From positions 32,001 through 96,000 of IMG/VR virus record IMGVR_UViG_3300013426_000014: a stretch of DNA of 64,000 nt; one strand, written 5' to 3'. The translations under genes and the position numbers were made by a program. The DNA comes from a virus (taxonomy: Duplodnaviria; Caudoviricetes). The first letter of the stretch is position 1. The number at the start of each line of letters is the position of its first letter. Of the stretch, positions 10,863-26,792 are shown one piece after another. A model generated the notes under the pieces. It did no database searches. It saw only the letters and a list, made by a program, of their open reading frames with translations, and was not told where the DNA came from.

Positions 10863-12647
10863 TTATATAGCGGACTCATCGATGCGGCGGATCCTTGACA
10901 TGAAGTCATTGCCGAACATACCACCCGCCTGACGGAGCAGCCCGTCAAAGCAACCATCAAGAACATACGTCACCGCCCAGTCGTCCTTGCTACGGATGGA
11001 CCTCCCAACACCTTGAAGAATCGACAACGCGGTCTTATTCGAATACCATGACCTGTCGTGCTCCATCTTCGCCTTCGTATACTTGTCGGCGAGCGACGGA
11101 TACGGTATCTTGAATATTATCTGAAACCTGCAGAAATCGTCCCTGAGATCGATGCCCTCGAGTAAGGTCGGTCCGACAAGCACCATGTTACCGCCACCGC
11201 GCTTGAACATCTCGAGCGCGTCCTGCTTCGTCGTCGAGTCGACGTACGACAGAAGTCGCCGACGCACGGCAGGCGACGCGGACTCCATGATTTTGCTCGC
11301 CACGGAATAGTTTCCCGTCTGAATGATCCCCTGCTCATCCGGATGCGCGGCGACGATGCGCTCGACCATCGACAGGATCCGCGGAAACGCGGCGTCTTTG
11401 CCCGCGTAATTCATCTTGTACGTCGGCACATAATTTATCGGAGATCTCATGAAGTCAAATGTCGACGGAACGATCGCATACCTATACTGATCCGGACGGA
11501 TGTCGAGCTCACGCGCGAACGCGGCGGGATCGCCGATCGTCGCCGACATGAACAAACCCGCCCCGACGTTCGCGTGGAATGCCTTCGCCATCAGATACGA
11601 CTCATTGATGCAGTTGAACGTGACCGACCCGCCGCCGGCGCTGTCATTCTTGATCATGCTGTCGACGCTGGCATTCTTTATTATCCGGATATACTCCGTG
11701 AACGAATCCGCGTGATCGATGACGAAATCCGCCGCCGACATAAGCCTCCGTTCTGACCGTTCCAGCCGGTGATCGACCGATTTGCGTCCCAACGACGATT
11801 TCACCGCCTCCGCGTCCGGCAGCAACTCCCCGACAGCAGACACATAATCATTCAACGCGGCGAATACCGTGTCATTACAGTCAGCGACCGTCACGCGGTC
11901 CCTCGCCGACCGTATTTTTTCCCGGATCTCGTCCTTCCCGCAACCGATCAATACGGCAGAATCGATGACATCATCGATTTTCCGCATGTCGAACTTGTCA
12001 AATTTCGGTGAGAACTGACTCTGCACAATATCCATCACATTGTGCGCCTCATCACATATCACGAAATCGCGCGGGCCGAACGGCGCGCCGTCGCCGAGCT
12101 TGCGCCTGACGATATTCTGCTGCACGAGCCACTGCTGGTATGTGCAGACGGTGACAGGCGATGAGATCGCCTTCGCGCGGCGGATAAGATACTCGCATAC
12201 CGACGCGCATTCTGGATAGTTCTTCTGTATCTCGTAATATGACTTGCATCCCGACAGCCTGCACACGCCCGACTTGAACGGCAGGCCGTTGACATTACAC
12301 ATGTAATTGTTCTGGCCCATCAAATTTCCCCATTCGGGAAGATACCGGTCGAGATCATCTGAATACTGCTTTGTCAGCGAAAGATCTGAACACAATATAT
12401 AGCCACGTTTGCCGTACACAGTGGACAGCACACCGGCGACGGCAAACGCAAGGAAAGACTTACCAAAACCGGTCGGGCATTGCGCGATGTAATACTTGAC
12501 ACCAGAAAACATCGACTGCAATATATTGACCGCAAGCTCTTTCTGGTACTGGCGGAACTGGAACTCCTTTCCCAAAACAGTCGCGGCCCACTCGTCAAGC
12601 TGTGCGGACAAAGTCTCTGCAGACGGAACAATTTCCTCTTTCATCAT
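10863..12647 (-). CDS. DinG/Rad3 (XPD)-family helicase
   Basis: FRQYQ Q-motif, CPTGFGKS, Cys cluster, DEAH, MSAT, EGIDL, QGVGRSIRSKDD. No TGA. Confidence 0.9.
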   Translation of the reverse strand: MMKEEIVPSAETLSAQLDEWAATVLGKEFQFRQYQKELAVNILQSMFSGVKYYIAQCPTGFGKSFLAFAVAGVLSTVYGKRGYILCSDLSLTKQYSDDLDRYLPEWGNLMGQNNYMCNVNGLPFKSGVCRLSGCKSYYEIQKNYPECASVCEYLIRRAKAISSPVTVCTYQQWLVQQNIVRRKLGDGAPFGPRDFVICDEAHNVMDIVQSQFSPKFDKFDMRKIDDVIDSAVLIGCGKDEIREKIRSARDRVTVADCNDTVFAALNDYVSAVGELLPDAEAVKSSLGRKSVDHRLERSERRLMSAADFVIDHADSFTEYIRIIKNASVDSMIKNDSAGGGSVTFNCINESYLMAKAFHANVGAGLFMSATIGDPAAFARELDIRPDQYRYAIVPSTFDFMRSPINYVPTYKMNYAGKDAAFPRILSMVERIVAAHPDEQGIIQTGNYSVASKIMESASPAVRRRLLSYVDSTTKQDALEMFKRGGGNMVLVGPTLLEGIDLRDDFCRFQIIFKIPYPSLADKYTKAKMEHDRSWYSNKTALSILQGVGRSIRSKDDWAVTYVLDGCFDGLLRQAGGMFGNDFMSRIRRIDESAI

Positions 12648-12648
12648 G

Positions 12649-15073
<2,425 letters not shown>

Positions 15074-15109
15074 AACGCGAATATAATAAAAATATTTGAA
15101 ATAAAAAAA

Positions 15110-15136
15110 GAACGGTGAAAAAATTTTTCACCGTCC
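15110..15136. terminator. Hairpin / probable terminator
   Basis: GAACGGTGAAAAAATTTTTCACCGTCC after an A-tract, downstream of the 15166 stop on the minus strand. Confidence 0.5.
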
Positions 15137-15165
15137 GTATTAATTGTAATAAACAAGCGGGACCA

Positions 15166-15978
15166 TTATATTGATCTTCTTAGTTTCTTCGCCTTATCTG
15201 ATATATATTTTTTACGTAATGATTTCGACAGAAACAGTTTACCGTCAATTCCATTCTCAGGACGTTCGGACATGTTCCGACCAAGATCATACTTGTTAAG
15301 CGCCCTGTTGCCGGCGAGGTTGATCCTCTGAGCAGGATATTGCTGTCTACTCACATATCCGTAACTATTTGATGACACGGTGAAATTGTTGACCTTACTG
15401 AAGTCGACCGACGGCATGTACCTTTGCGCGTCTGACATGTAATTGTCAGCATTGTCGGATTTCAGGAATTTTCACGTCATGTCTGTCGCCGCCGTGATTT
15501 TGTCCGGGCCGGAAAAATTATTAAATGAAAGCGATATGGCGGGCCAACCACATACCGGCTTCATCACCGGCATATCGATCACAGGCAGATTATCCAGACT
15601 CGTTATAAGATTGTAATTCGCGTTGAACAACCCACCCCGTATGACCTTCGGAAAATTCTTCATCGATGTCAGTCCATTTCATGACACATCGACATTGACA
15701 TCGACGACATTCAACGGGAACGGGAGCTCTGTCTGACCCGGCCGGAGGATGATCCGAATCGCAGGCCGGGTCAGTACATCATCCACATCATCCGAATATA
15801 GCAATGATATCCCGTCTTTATCGATTGACACCAATTTCTCATCTATTCCCTGCTCTTTGCATCACATGATCATCATCTGCTCTGTCGCGGCATCATCCGC
15901 GTCTGACATGGTGTCGGTCCAATCGACATCGTCCATATCAGACAGATTGAAATCTTCGTATAACAAATTGATCTGCAT
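15166..15978 (-). CDS. Acidic-leader family protein with phage LRR-like repeats (270 aa, 3 TGA)
   Basis: LYEDFNLSDMDDVDWTDTMSD leader, then VDVS(W)NGLTSMKNFP..FNANYNLITSLDNLP repeats. Joins track ORFs 15472 and 15166. ATAAATA at 16000-16006. Confidence 0.75.
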
Positions 15979-16074
15979 AAAAATAAATCTAATATATGTT
16001 ATTTATTATAAATCCGAAAATACGTTTTCACACGTATTTCCGGATACATTAACAAATTATTAACAAACTGCAAG

Positions 16075-17646
<1,572 letters not shown>

Positions 17647-17657
17647 ACCGTATTGAT

Positions 17658-18449
17658 TTACTTTAATATGCCTTTCGCCCGCGCCGCCGCTACGGCAGCG
17701 TTCCACGCGTCTTTATACCCGTCAATGAAATCCTGCGATATGTTCGGCGGGAGCTGAGGCGGCTGCGGCGGAGTGACGGGCGGATTCTTCTTCAGTTCTT
17801 CGTATATATCCTCATACGCCATATTCGCGTATTTCTCGTCATATAGGAACTGCATCCCGTCTGGGCCCGGCTCGCTGAACACGCCTTTGAAATCTTTATT
17901 GAGATGCTCTATCGCGTAATTGATCTCGTAATCGCCGGCTATGTTCGACAATTCATGCTCCATACCGTACGACTCGCCGCGCGGTATATGCTGGTATATG
18001 ATATGGAACGCCTCATGCGCGAACACGCCGACGAATTTCGTGTCAGTCAACGAGTTCATGAATGCGGGATTGATAAAAAAGCGCACGCCGTCGACACCTG
18101 CTGTCTCTATGCCGAACGTCGGCACCAACGTGAGCATGTTAAGCACCGCGTATATGCCGGCGGTCGACTGGTTCTTCGACATGATCTGCTTCGTCAGATT
18201 GATCCGGCGGCGGAGATACCTGAAATCATAATCCTTGCCGTCCGGCCCGACAACGATATCGTACTGCATCAGATTACGGGCCGGGACCATTGAGTTCGGA
18301 CCGAGTTTCACCTTTTTCGTGTCAGGATCGCCCAGCGCATCCTGCTCGACGCCATCGAACGCACCTGCGAAATCGATGTCGCCGATCTCGACACCCGTGC
18401 CGAACTGCTGAGCCTCGTTTATCTTTTTTCTTATATGAGCTACCGCCAT
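17658..18449 (-). CDS. Predicted zincin metallopeptidase (DUF2201 N-terminal-like)
   Basis: TAGVDG..FFINP.F, AHEAFH, NIAGDYEIN. Confidence 0.8.
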   Translation of the reverse strand: MAVAHIRKKINEAQQFGTGVEIGDIDFAGAFDGVEQDALGDPDTKKVKLGPNSMVPARNLMQYDIVVGPDGKDYDFRYLRRRINLTKQIMSKNQSTAGIYAVLNMLTLVPTFGIETAGVDGVRFFINPAFMNSLTDTKFVGVFAHEAFHIIYQHIPRGESYGMEHELSNIAGDYEINYAIEHLNKDFKGVFSEPGPDGMQFLYDEKYANMAYEDIYEELKKNPPVTPPQPPQLPPNISQDFIDGYKDAWNAAVAAARAKGILK

Positions 18450-18534
18450 ATGATTAACAATTATATTATTGACAACTTATTTATTATGTCATACAATTAC
18501 AACGGCACAAATATAATCGTTTTCGTCATAATAT

Positions 18535-18562
18535 AAAAAACACCGGAAAAAATTCCGGTGTT
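18535..18562. terminator. Intrinsic terminator
   Basis: AAAAAACACCGGAA-AAAA-TTCCGGTGTT. Confidence 0.6.
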
Positions 18563-18584
18563 CATCTATTCAATCAAATCTGAC

Positions 18585-20540
18585 TTATTTATCTTCCGCG
18601 ACGGCGCCGAGTTTCTCGATGTACGGGCGGATCCTCGCGTAATACTCATTGTATCCCGGATCCTTCGGATCGCACGCACGGTCACGCTGTTCCGGCGTAG
18701 CCGGAAGATAGCGTTCAGGAATCGTCGTACCCTTCTTATATACAGGAGTCCTGACTGACATCAGACTGGTCGGCGCGAACATCCCGGTCTGGTTGCGGAT
18801 CAGCTTCACACAGCTGGTCCATGCCAGGGCGCGCATGGACTGATTCGTAATCTGCATCATCCACTTGACATAATTCTCGAACTGCTCCGGCGTCGGATTA
18901 GTCTTGTGGTTACCCGGACGAGCTGCCACTATCGCGTCGACGACGCGGGACACATTCGACGGGTTATCGGCGTTGAACGATATAGGAACCTTGTCGCCTT
19001 TCGTCCAGACATCCTCACAATATTTCTTCGGGAAAATCGCGAACAGGTTAAGGTAGTCATTGAAACGGCGGCCGACATTGCCGACGACCTTCTGACCGTT
19101 CCATCCCTTCGCATCAGGCGAGGACGGGACGACATCTGTCCCCATCACGCCGAAGAACTTCTGCATTTTCTGACCATTGATAAATTCAGCGTCCTTGCCG
19201 TTATTCGAACCCTTGATATATTTGCGGCTATGTTTCAATGTCTTAAACTCGTCACTAAGCTTCGCCCATGATGCCGGAGATTGACCTGCCGTCATCGCGC
19301 CGGCATCCGCGCCAAGATATCATGCGTCCTTGTTGTCCTGAAGAAATCCGATGATATCCTTATCGATGCCGGACCTTGTCGCCCAGTCAATTCATGAGTT
19401 GAAGTCCGGGATGAAATTATACTGCGTCCACCTGCGGCCGAACGCATTCTCCCATGAAATCTCAGCGTCACGCATATCCTCCTGCCTGTTTCCGGCGGCG
19501 ATTATATACCATTTACTGCCGAGACGGGCGTTACCGAGATTGCCCTCGTTAACAAGGTTCATGATAACGTTGAGCACACCGCGGTTCGCGCGGGAAAGCT
19601 CGTCGAAGAACAGCACGCCGCCTCCCTCCGACCCGTGCGAACAGTTCGCGAGCCGGTCGAGCTCCGCGTCCGTCTCTGGATCACCGGTCGGCTCGTACAT
19701 CGGAAGCCAGTTCTTCACAAGCTCGACGACCTTTGTGTGGTTCGCGTCCGGAACGGAAAGTGAGAAGTCATCATAATCCATCTTAGACAAACATGTATCG
19801 ATACAAGTCAACTTGTGGTTGATATCCGGATCCTCAGAAAGTTCCTTGAGTATACTGTGAATGATAGCGGTCTTGCCGATACCAGGCGCTCCCCATATCA
19901 TCATAGGATTCGCGTCGCCTTCGATCAGGTTCCTCCTGATATTCGAATAGAGCAAATCCTCGAAATCCTCGGTGTTGATATTTTCAAGACCGAGCTCCGG
20001 ATTGGCGTCGAGCTTGATGAACGCGTCATCCGGGACGATGCGCGCCTGTGCGATATCATACGCCTCGTTCATCTTCGCCGCACGGCGGGACGCTTTCCTT
20101 GCGTAATGCTCCGACACACCGTCGCCCACGGATATCTTGTCGATAAAATCGCGCCAGTACGCATTGACCTCACGAATGTCGTCACTTATCCTCGCGTCGA
20201 GATCCGCGATACCGATGCTCCTGTCGATGTCGACACCCTGATCGGCGGCGAGCTCGACAATATGCTCAGACGGGATAACCGTCACACCCATCGGAAGGGT
20301 CTCGTTCTGGAAGTTGACCGCGACAGTGAGCGGTGTCACGACCGTCCTGCCAGCGAAGACGGAGACGATCGTATTACCGATCTTCTTGAACATGTTCATA
20401 ATACGGCGCGCGCCGCGGCGAACAGCATCGCCGAACCGACCTTCATTCAAAAACTGGTCGATATCATCCCTGCCGTATTTCCGTACAAGATGCTCGAGAA
20501 GCGCACGATCCTTTCCGATCTCTGTTCTTCTATCCATCAT
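18585..20540 (-). CDS. MoxR-like AAA+ ATPase (651 aa, 2 TGA)
   Basis: WGAPGIGKT, LFFDELSRA, AAGNR. Read-through restores FNS(W)IDWA...II.FL...SPASW. Confidence 0.85.
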
Positions 20541-20556
20541 ATATTTGTTCGTTTGT

Positions 20557-20763
20557 TTATTTTTTCTTTATCAATGTCGTCGACTGGTTATGACCGTTAA
20601 ACTCCGCGCCGGAATATCCGGACCTGAATTCGCGAAAACCAGACTCGAACCCGCCCCTGCTCCACGCGTTATCATAAGCGGACCGCATCGCGGAAAAGAT
20701 CCGATGCGTCTCCGGTGGCAGCAGTACCGGACAATCCTTCACGTATTTCAAACCGGCTGACAT
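20557..20763 (-). CDS. Small hypothetical protein
   Basis: 68-aa ORF after ATAAATA (20784-20790). Confidence 0.45.
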   Translation of the reverse strand: MSAGLKYVKDCPVLLPPETHRIFSAMRSAYDNAWSRGGFESGFREFRSGYSGAEFNGHNQSTTLIKKK

Positions 20764-20817
20764 ATTCTAATCAATTACTGATTTATTTATTATGTGAAAA
20801 TCTTAATGTTCCACACA

Positions 20818-22680
20818 TTATTCAGCCGGCGGCGTCATCTCCGCGCTGCCTTCGCCTTCCATGCCGGATCCCGACATACCCATCTCGCCGCCCATTCCAG
20901 GACCCATATCCATGCCGCCGGACATTCCGCCCATTCCAGGACCCATATCCATGCCGCCGGACATTCCGCCCATTCCAGGACCCATATCCATGCCGCCGGA
21001 CATTCCGCCCATTCCAGGACCCATATCCATGCCGCCGGACATTCCGCCCATCCCTGCGTTCATTTCTTCCTGCTTCTTCTTCATCTCCGCTTCATCCTCG
21101 GCGCGATATTTCTCGTTCAGTTTCCAGTCGTCATCGGACAGGCCGAGATATTTGACCAGGAATCGCATCGAGAACACCGGACGTCCGTCAGCGCCGTTTA
21201 TACCAGACAAATTCTGTACGAGAGCCGCGCCATCCGATATGATCGCACGTTCCTTCGCGAGCACGAAAAGATTTTCCTCCACATATGAAAGACCAAGTGC
21301 GGAGCGGAGAACATTATTTGTCGCGAATGCGGGGTACTTAAGGCAGAACTGCATCCACATCGGCTTGACGAGCAATTCCTTAAACACCGTCCTGAGCCGG
21401 TTGATAAACAGGCTGAACTTGTACTCCTCCCTTGACACGGTGTTATTCGACGTCGGGACCGGGTTAGACGAGTCTCCGTCGACGCCCATCATCGTGAACC
21501 TGTCTTTCGGCAGCTGTGTCTCGATTATGAACCGCTGCCAGAAATATCGGAGCTGCTCTGTCGAGTTAAGGTCATATCCCTCGACACCGACTTCTGATAT
21601 CTCTGTCTGTGACCCCTCTCTGGACGGGAAGAAGAACGTCTTGTTGAACGAGAACTTCGGTTGGCCGTTGACCGTCACCTCTCCGGAGTTGTCGTCTATT
21701 ATGATATCCTCCTTGTAATACGCCTGCAGCTCATTGAGCCGGGTCCTCGCCATCTGTTCGGACTGCGACCCGATCGGGACAACGAACTTGATGCGTTTCT
21801 GCGCATTCTGCACGTTTCAAATGACACGGGAATTCTCGAGAGTCCTGAGCATGTTGAACGAACGCACGAGCTGCTCCGTGTAAGACAGGCGTGATATGAA
21901 ATTATTCCGCGCCCATGATATGTAAATCACGTTGGAGTCCGGCAGAATCCGCTCCTTCTCGGCGTCGCCGCGATACTGGATCCACACCTTGTACTCATTC
22001 CCGTCTTCATCGAACCTTATATCCGGCTCAAGTGTTACCGGGTCAAGCTCCTGAAAGCCGATTATGTCGACGGCCTTGCCTGTCGCCCGGTCCGTCTGGT
22101 ATATGATCTCGAACGCGAGAAACCCGTCGACCAGGAATCGCTTCATATACTGTCACGCATCGTCCGACTCGTTGAACTTGAACTTCGAGTACACACGCTT
22201 ATACGACTCGTTGATGGCATCGACGATCTCCTTGCCGTTCTCCTTCTTCAATATAGCGGTCAGATTCTTCGTGTTCGGATACGCGAAATAGTGGAAGTCG
22301 TCATACACGACCGTCTCATTCGTTATTGTATCGAGCACATACTCAATCTCGCCTTGAAGCGCGAAACGTCTCAGAAAATCCCGGCGAGCCGCGTAAGACT
22401 TATCGAAAAACGCGACGTACTCGTTGTTCCCGGCGATATTCGCGTATGTATTATACACATTTTGATTTTCCGTAAAGCCGGAGTTCGGATATATCGAGTT
22501 GGATGACTCCGCCGTCTCGGACGACCCGATGCCCCTCGCGAACCTGATGAGTGACTCGTCCCATTTAAGTCCGATGTTGCTGAGATTGAGAAGGTTCCGC
22601 TCGATCCGCCTGTGACCTCCGAAATTCGGCATCCCACCCGGCGCGCCGGCGAGCGCCTTTAATATGAATTTTTTGGCCAT
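20818..22680 (-). CDS. gp20: Portal vertex protein (T4 gp20-like; 620 aa, 2 TGA)
   Basis: Three track ORFs are in one frame. Motifs DA(W)QYMKRFLVDG, LVRSFNMLRTLENSRVI(W)N, REEYKF..FINRLR. ATAAATA at 22707-22713. Confidence 0.9.
20888..21051 (-). repeat. Four perfect 39-nt tandem repeats encoding (GGMSGGMDMGPGM)n at the portal C-terminus
   Basis: ccgcccattccaggacccatatccatgccgccggacatt x4. Confidence 0.95.
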
Positions 22681-22705
22681 CGATTCCTAATTTTCTGTAA
22701 TCATG

Positions 22706-23353
22706 CTATTTATCAGCCCGCAATACCGCCTGCTGCACAGCGGAAAGCGCGGCGCCGCGGATAGATTTGCCATAACTCAAGAACGGTATATATTTTCACA
22801 TGTCATACTCGACAAGCCTGATTTCCGTACAGTTCCGCACATAATACTGACGGCATGCGGAGGTTATATCAGCAGACAACCTGTAATTGACAGATTTCAT
22901 AAACATCCCGCGACGAACCGGATCGGCGAGCGTCTGATACAGGACATTATTCATGGTGAAACCGTCATTCTCGACATTATCATAAAAATCCGGATTCGTG
23001 TCATTGATGATGTCAAGCACCGCGGCCCTGAACTCGGGCAAAAGAAGATTGAAGTTGAGTCCTTCAATATGAGCCGGATCCGACCAGCCCGTCACCATGA
23101 CAAGCGGGACGACATCAGTAAACCTGACATCCGATATGACCTGCTCATCCGGCCTGACGTACATAAACGTGTATATCATACCGGGAATGAACACCGCCGG
23201 CTGTGACGACTCCATATCAAGATCAAACTCAGTCTCGAGCTTGTCTTGCCCGCGGCGTTTCCTTGACAGCGCGTAATCGACAAGATACGTGTACGCGGCG
23301 GATCTTTTCTCAGAATCCGCCGCGTACTTCCTGTAATATTCGGTATACGTCAT
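22706..23353 (-). CDS. DNA end protector protein (T4 gp2-like; 1 TGA)
   Basis: PGMIYTFMY..D..PLV..GLNFNLL..FR and EYDM(W)KYIPFL. TAG stop. Confidence 0.7.
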
Positions 23354-25383
23354 TATTTGAAGACAATACGTTTAATCGGTTTTATCTGCCGTGGACGCGT
23401 CACGCCAGAAGTGAAGTCAAGTTTTGACGGGGTGTGATCCGGTTTGTCGGAACCATCACAGACCGTGTCACGCTGCGCGAGCACCGGCTGGATGTTGCCG
23501 TCCGTGAACCTGAATGTCGACGGGCGTTTTTTCGGTAGCTTTTCCGGAACCGGAGTCGGATTCATTGAATCTACCGGATCAGCCGCGAACTTCAGCACGG
23601 TCCGGACGACGACCGGCGGCTTCACTGCCTCCACGACCACAGGATCTGCAGGTGTTTCTGTCAGGTTAGTCTCGACCGGACGGGACGGCGCGATGACGAA
23701 ACGGTCAACACCGAATTTCACCGCCTCGTTGTATAGACGGATTTCCTCTGCCGGGTTAACGGAAGTGAAACTTATGACAGCCGGCGGATCCGGGACGGCG
23801 TCATCCGGAACACCCGGCGTCTTCTCGACATCATCCGAATACGGAAAGCCGATCATGCTGACGTAACGGTCGTTGCCGCCATTCTTGACATTCTGCTTGT
23901 ATAGTGCGGAGTCATTATGCTGCGCCTCCAGTATAGGATCGCCGAGTCTTTTTTCATTCGGAACGTACACCGTCTTTATGCCCTTGTTGAACTCACGTTT
24001 CTTCAGCCATATATCATCAGCGTTGACATACTCCATAATAGACGACAGATCATCCGGGCAGATGTTCAGCGCGTCCGGCGGATATAGTATGCCGCCGCAT
24101 CCAGTCGCGATGAGCTGTGACGACGCGGCCTTCGCCTTCGTATAGTCATAGCCTCAGTTCTTATACGGCAGCGGCTTGCGGTCCGCTGAATACCTGATGA
24201 GATGCACGCGTCTGGCACACACCCGTGACGGATTCTTCATATACGCGTCGGTCAGGCTTTCGATGAGATCAGGTGTGTATACAGAATCGTCGTCCACCGT
24301 GATGACCGCGTGACCGCGGTATTTCATCATCGCGTAATAATATTTCTTGTGCGGCTTGAGATCGCCACACGGCTCATCCGACCAGATCAGATCCACACGC
24401 GGATCTGACAGATAATCAGAAAGCTCTGACGTCAGCCTGTCCCTGTCGCGGACGTCAAGGCAGACGACGATTCTACACGGCTGAACAGTCTGCCTGTACA
24501 GCGAGTTAATAACGGCAGGCAGGTATTGGATCCTGTCGCCGTATGATGTCAGCGACACGACGACGCGGGACCGCCGTTCATCGAGCTTCTTCGCGTATTC
24601 CGGAAAATATGAGAACAGCGTGTCATTTATCTTACCGTAATCATTCACCTTATGAAGCGCGGTAGGCATCGACTGTGTGCCCGGTATATAGCTCGCCGAA
24701 TTATCGAATATTTTTGACGACTGACGTATCGTCCTGTCCGCCATTATGTTAAAACAGAACTGCCATGACTCGTCTGACGTCGGGGACAGCCGCATGTAAA
24801 GATCCTCGTCGAAAAACCGCGGATCGGTAAATGTCCCGGCCGGATAGAGCACGCCGCCGGTGCCGTTCGCCGGCCGGGCGGTGTTGAACACGATGTCAGG
24901 AACGTCGTTAAAACTTCCGGCGGCTTTCTGCTTCCTGTTATCAAACCGGATAAGCCGATTCCCCGCGCCGAAGAAATATCCGAATGCTCCGCATATGATG
25001 TCATCCGGATATCTGTCGTGGTCGTCAATGAACATCTGCAGCCAGCCCGGCTGTCTGATGACGTCGTCGTCCGTTATCAGTATCGGGTTGGTCGGGTATT
25101 TCTTCAGCGCCGGCATCAGCTTCTTGTGCGAACGGGTGTTCGTCTCCGTCCAAACAAGTTCGATCTCTTTCTTTCTCACCATCGCGACGAGATCCGGTGG
25201 GAGATCTGCCTTCCCTCCCGGAAACTCCGGACGCGCGAGCGCAAGCATACACTTGTAGAGTCTCCTGTCGACATTCTGGTTCAGAATAGACCGGAACGCC
25301 GGGGCGACACACTCGATACGCGCCGGATACGACGTCATCGAAACTATGACCTTCTTCTTGAACTGTCCGTTGTTTGTTGCCAT
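23353..25383 (-). CDS. Tandem GT-A-fold glycosyltransferase with Pro-rich tail (676 aa, 1 TGA)
   Basis: Two copies of VIVS[ML]TSY..RI / IT[DV]DDD / G.GG[VI]LYP / DD.W. Track ORFs 24154 and 23353 join through the TGA. Confidence 0.75.
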
Positions 25384-25391
25384 ATCAATGT

Positions 25392-26000
25392 TTACATTAT
25401 TCCCAATTTCGTAAGCGTGTCCTCCGTCCACACGACGAACTTCATACCATGCGAGTCTGCCCACGCCTTTGCCGCTTTCCATTTCGCTTCGTTCGTCAGG
25501 TATGTGCGGCAGTCGAGCACGAACCGTTTCTGCTCCTTGAGCTTCGCCGTCGACTGAGGCGGGATCGGCCGAATCGTCTGTGCTTTCGGCTTCACCTCGA
25601 CGAGAAGCTTATGTGAGGCACAGTCAGAATCCTCGTCCCCGTCGTCATCCGACTGATTAAACTCTATGTAGAAATCGATGAAATAGCTTCGCACCGGCCA
25701 GATCGACGGATCCGCCGGGTTGAGCTGAAGCCGGCGTAACTCGTCAAAATCGAGATTGCCCGGATCACGGTATTCGATCTTCGCAACCTCTATGCCTCAC
25801 TTGCGTACATTCGGGTTGTCGTCACACCACCTGCACAAATCACGCTCCCATCCGGATCTATATATGAGCTCAGCCGGACTGCCGATGATTTTCTCCGGAT
25901 GTTGTGGCACATAATATCCCTGATGCGTGCCCTTCACCTCTCCCGATTCGGTAAGGTGTACGACCGGCTTGTGCGATCTTTTATGTGATTCAACGTCCAT
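25392..26000 (-). CDS. Head completion nuclease (T4 gp4 / TnsA-like; 1 TGA)
   Basis: QGYY.P.HPEK..YRSGWE...CDDNPNVRK(W)..E, YFIDF, VEVKP..QT, NEAKW.AA, TE..L. Confidence 0.88.
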
Positions 26001-26019
26001 AATATTTCTGTCTGTTAAA

Positions 26020-26047
26020 TATAAATAGCGTTTTCGGTTATATTTAT
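26020..26047. promoter_or_regulatory. Divergent T4-like late promoters (TATAAATA +, ATAAATA -)
   Basis: They serve the endolysin and gp4. The same ATAAATA box precedes genes at 288, 316, 16000, 18478, 20784, 22707, 35798, 35859, 44464, 51221, 59016, 59454 and 63335. Confidence 0.7.
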
Positions 26048-26088
26048 TATCCGAATTTTTAAGCCAAACATATTGACTGACAATAAGT

Positions 26089-26748
26089 ATGAATAGAAAT
26101 GATTTCATGGTAATCATCGACTGCGGTCACGGCGAATCGACACCGGGCAAACGATCGCCGTGATCAGCGAACAAAGTTGAGCCGGCCCTGCCGTTCTTTG
26201 AATGAGAATGAAGCAGGAAAGCCGGCAAGCTGGTGGCGGACAAACTGCAAGCGGCGGGGGTGAACACTGCATTCACTGTGAATCCGTCAGACCCGTCCGA
26301 TCTGAAACTCACGTTGAGATACAAATTAGCAAACAGGATCAAACAGGCGAACCCAAACAAGAAATGTATATTCCTGTCAATCCATGTCAATGCCGCCGGG
26401 AACGGCGCCAAATGGATGACCGGAACAGGATGATCCGCATACACGACAAAGGGTCAGAACAGATCCGATGTATACGCGGACAAACTGTATGACGCGGCGG
26501 AGGAAATATTGAAGCCGGCGGGAGTGCGGATCAGAACAGACAAATCGGACGGAGACAGAGACATCGAGGCAAACTTCACTGTGATATATGGGGCGGCAAT
26601 GCCGGCCGTGCTTGTCGAGAACATGTTTCAGGACAACGCATCAGACGTTGAATTCCTGACGAGCACAGACGGCATCGAAATGCTGACCGACGTGATGGTA
26701 AAGGGATCGATTGACTTCCTTGAATCGGAATACGGCGGAAAACGGTAA
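26089..26748 (+). CDS. Endolysin, N-acetylmuramoyl-L-alanine amidase (219 aa, 4 TGA)
   Basis: IDCGHG..TPGKRSP(W), FE(W)E(W)SR, LSIHVNAAG.G..W....G(W)SAYTTKG, SDGDRDIEANF, PAVLVEN.FQDN. This is a Bacteroidales-type Amidase_3. Confidence 0.92.
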
Positions 26749-26762
26749 TTTACATATATAAC

Positions 26763-26792
26763 AAAAAGGACGTCAAATCGACGTCCTTTTTT
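26763..26792. terminator. Bidirectional intrinsic terminator
   Basis: AAAAAGGACGTC-AAATC-GACGTCCTTTTT between convergent genes. Confidence 0.8.
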
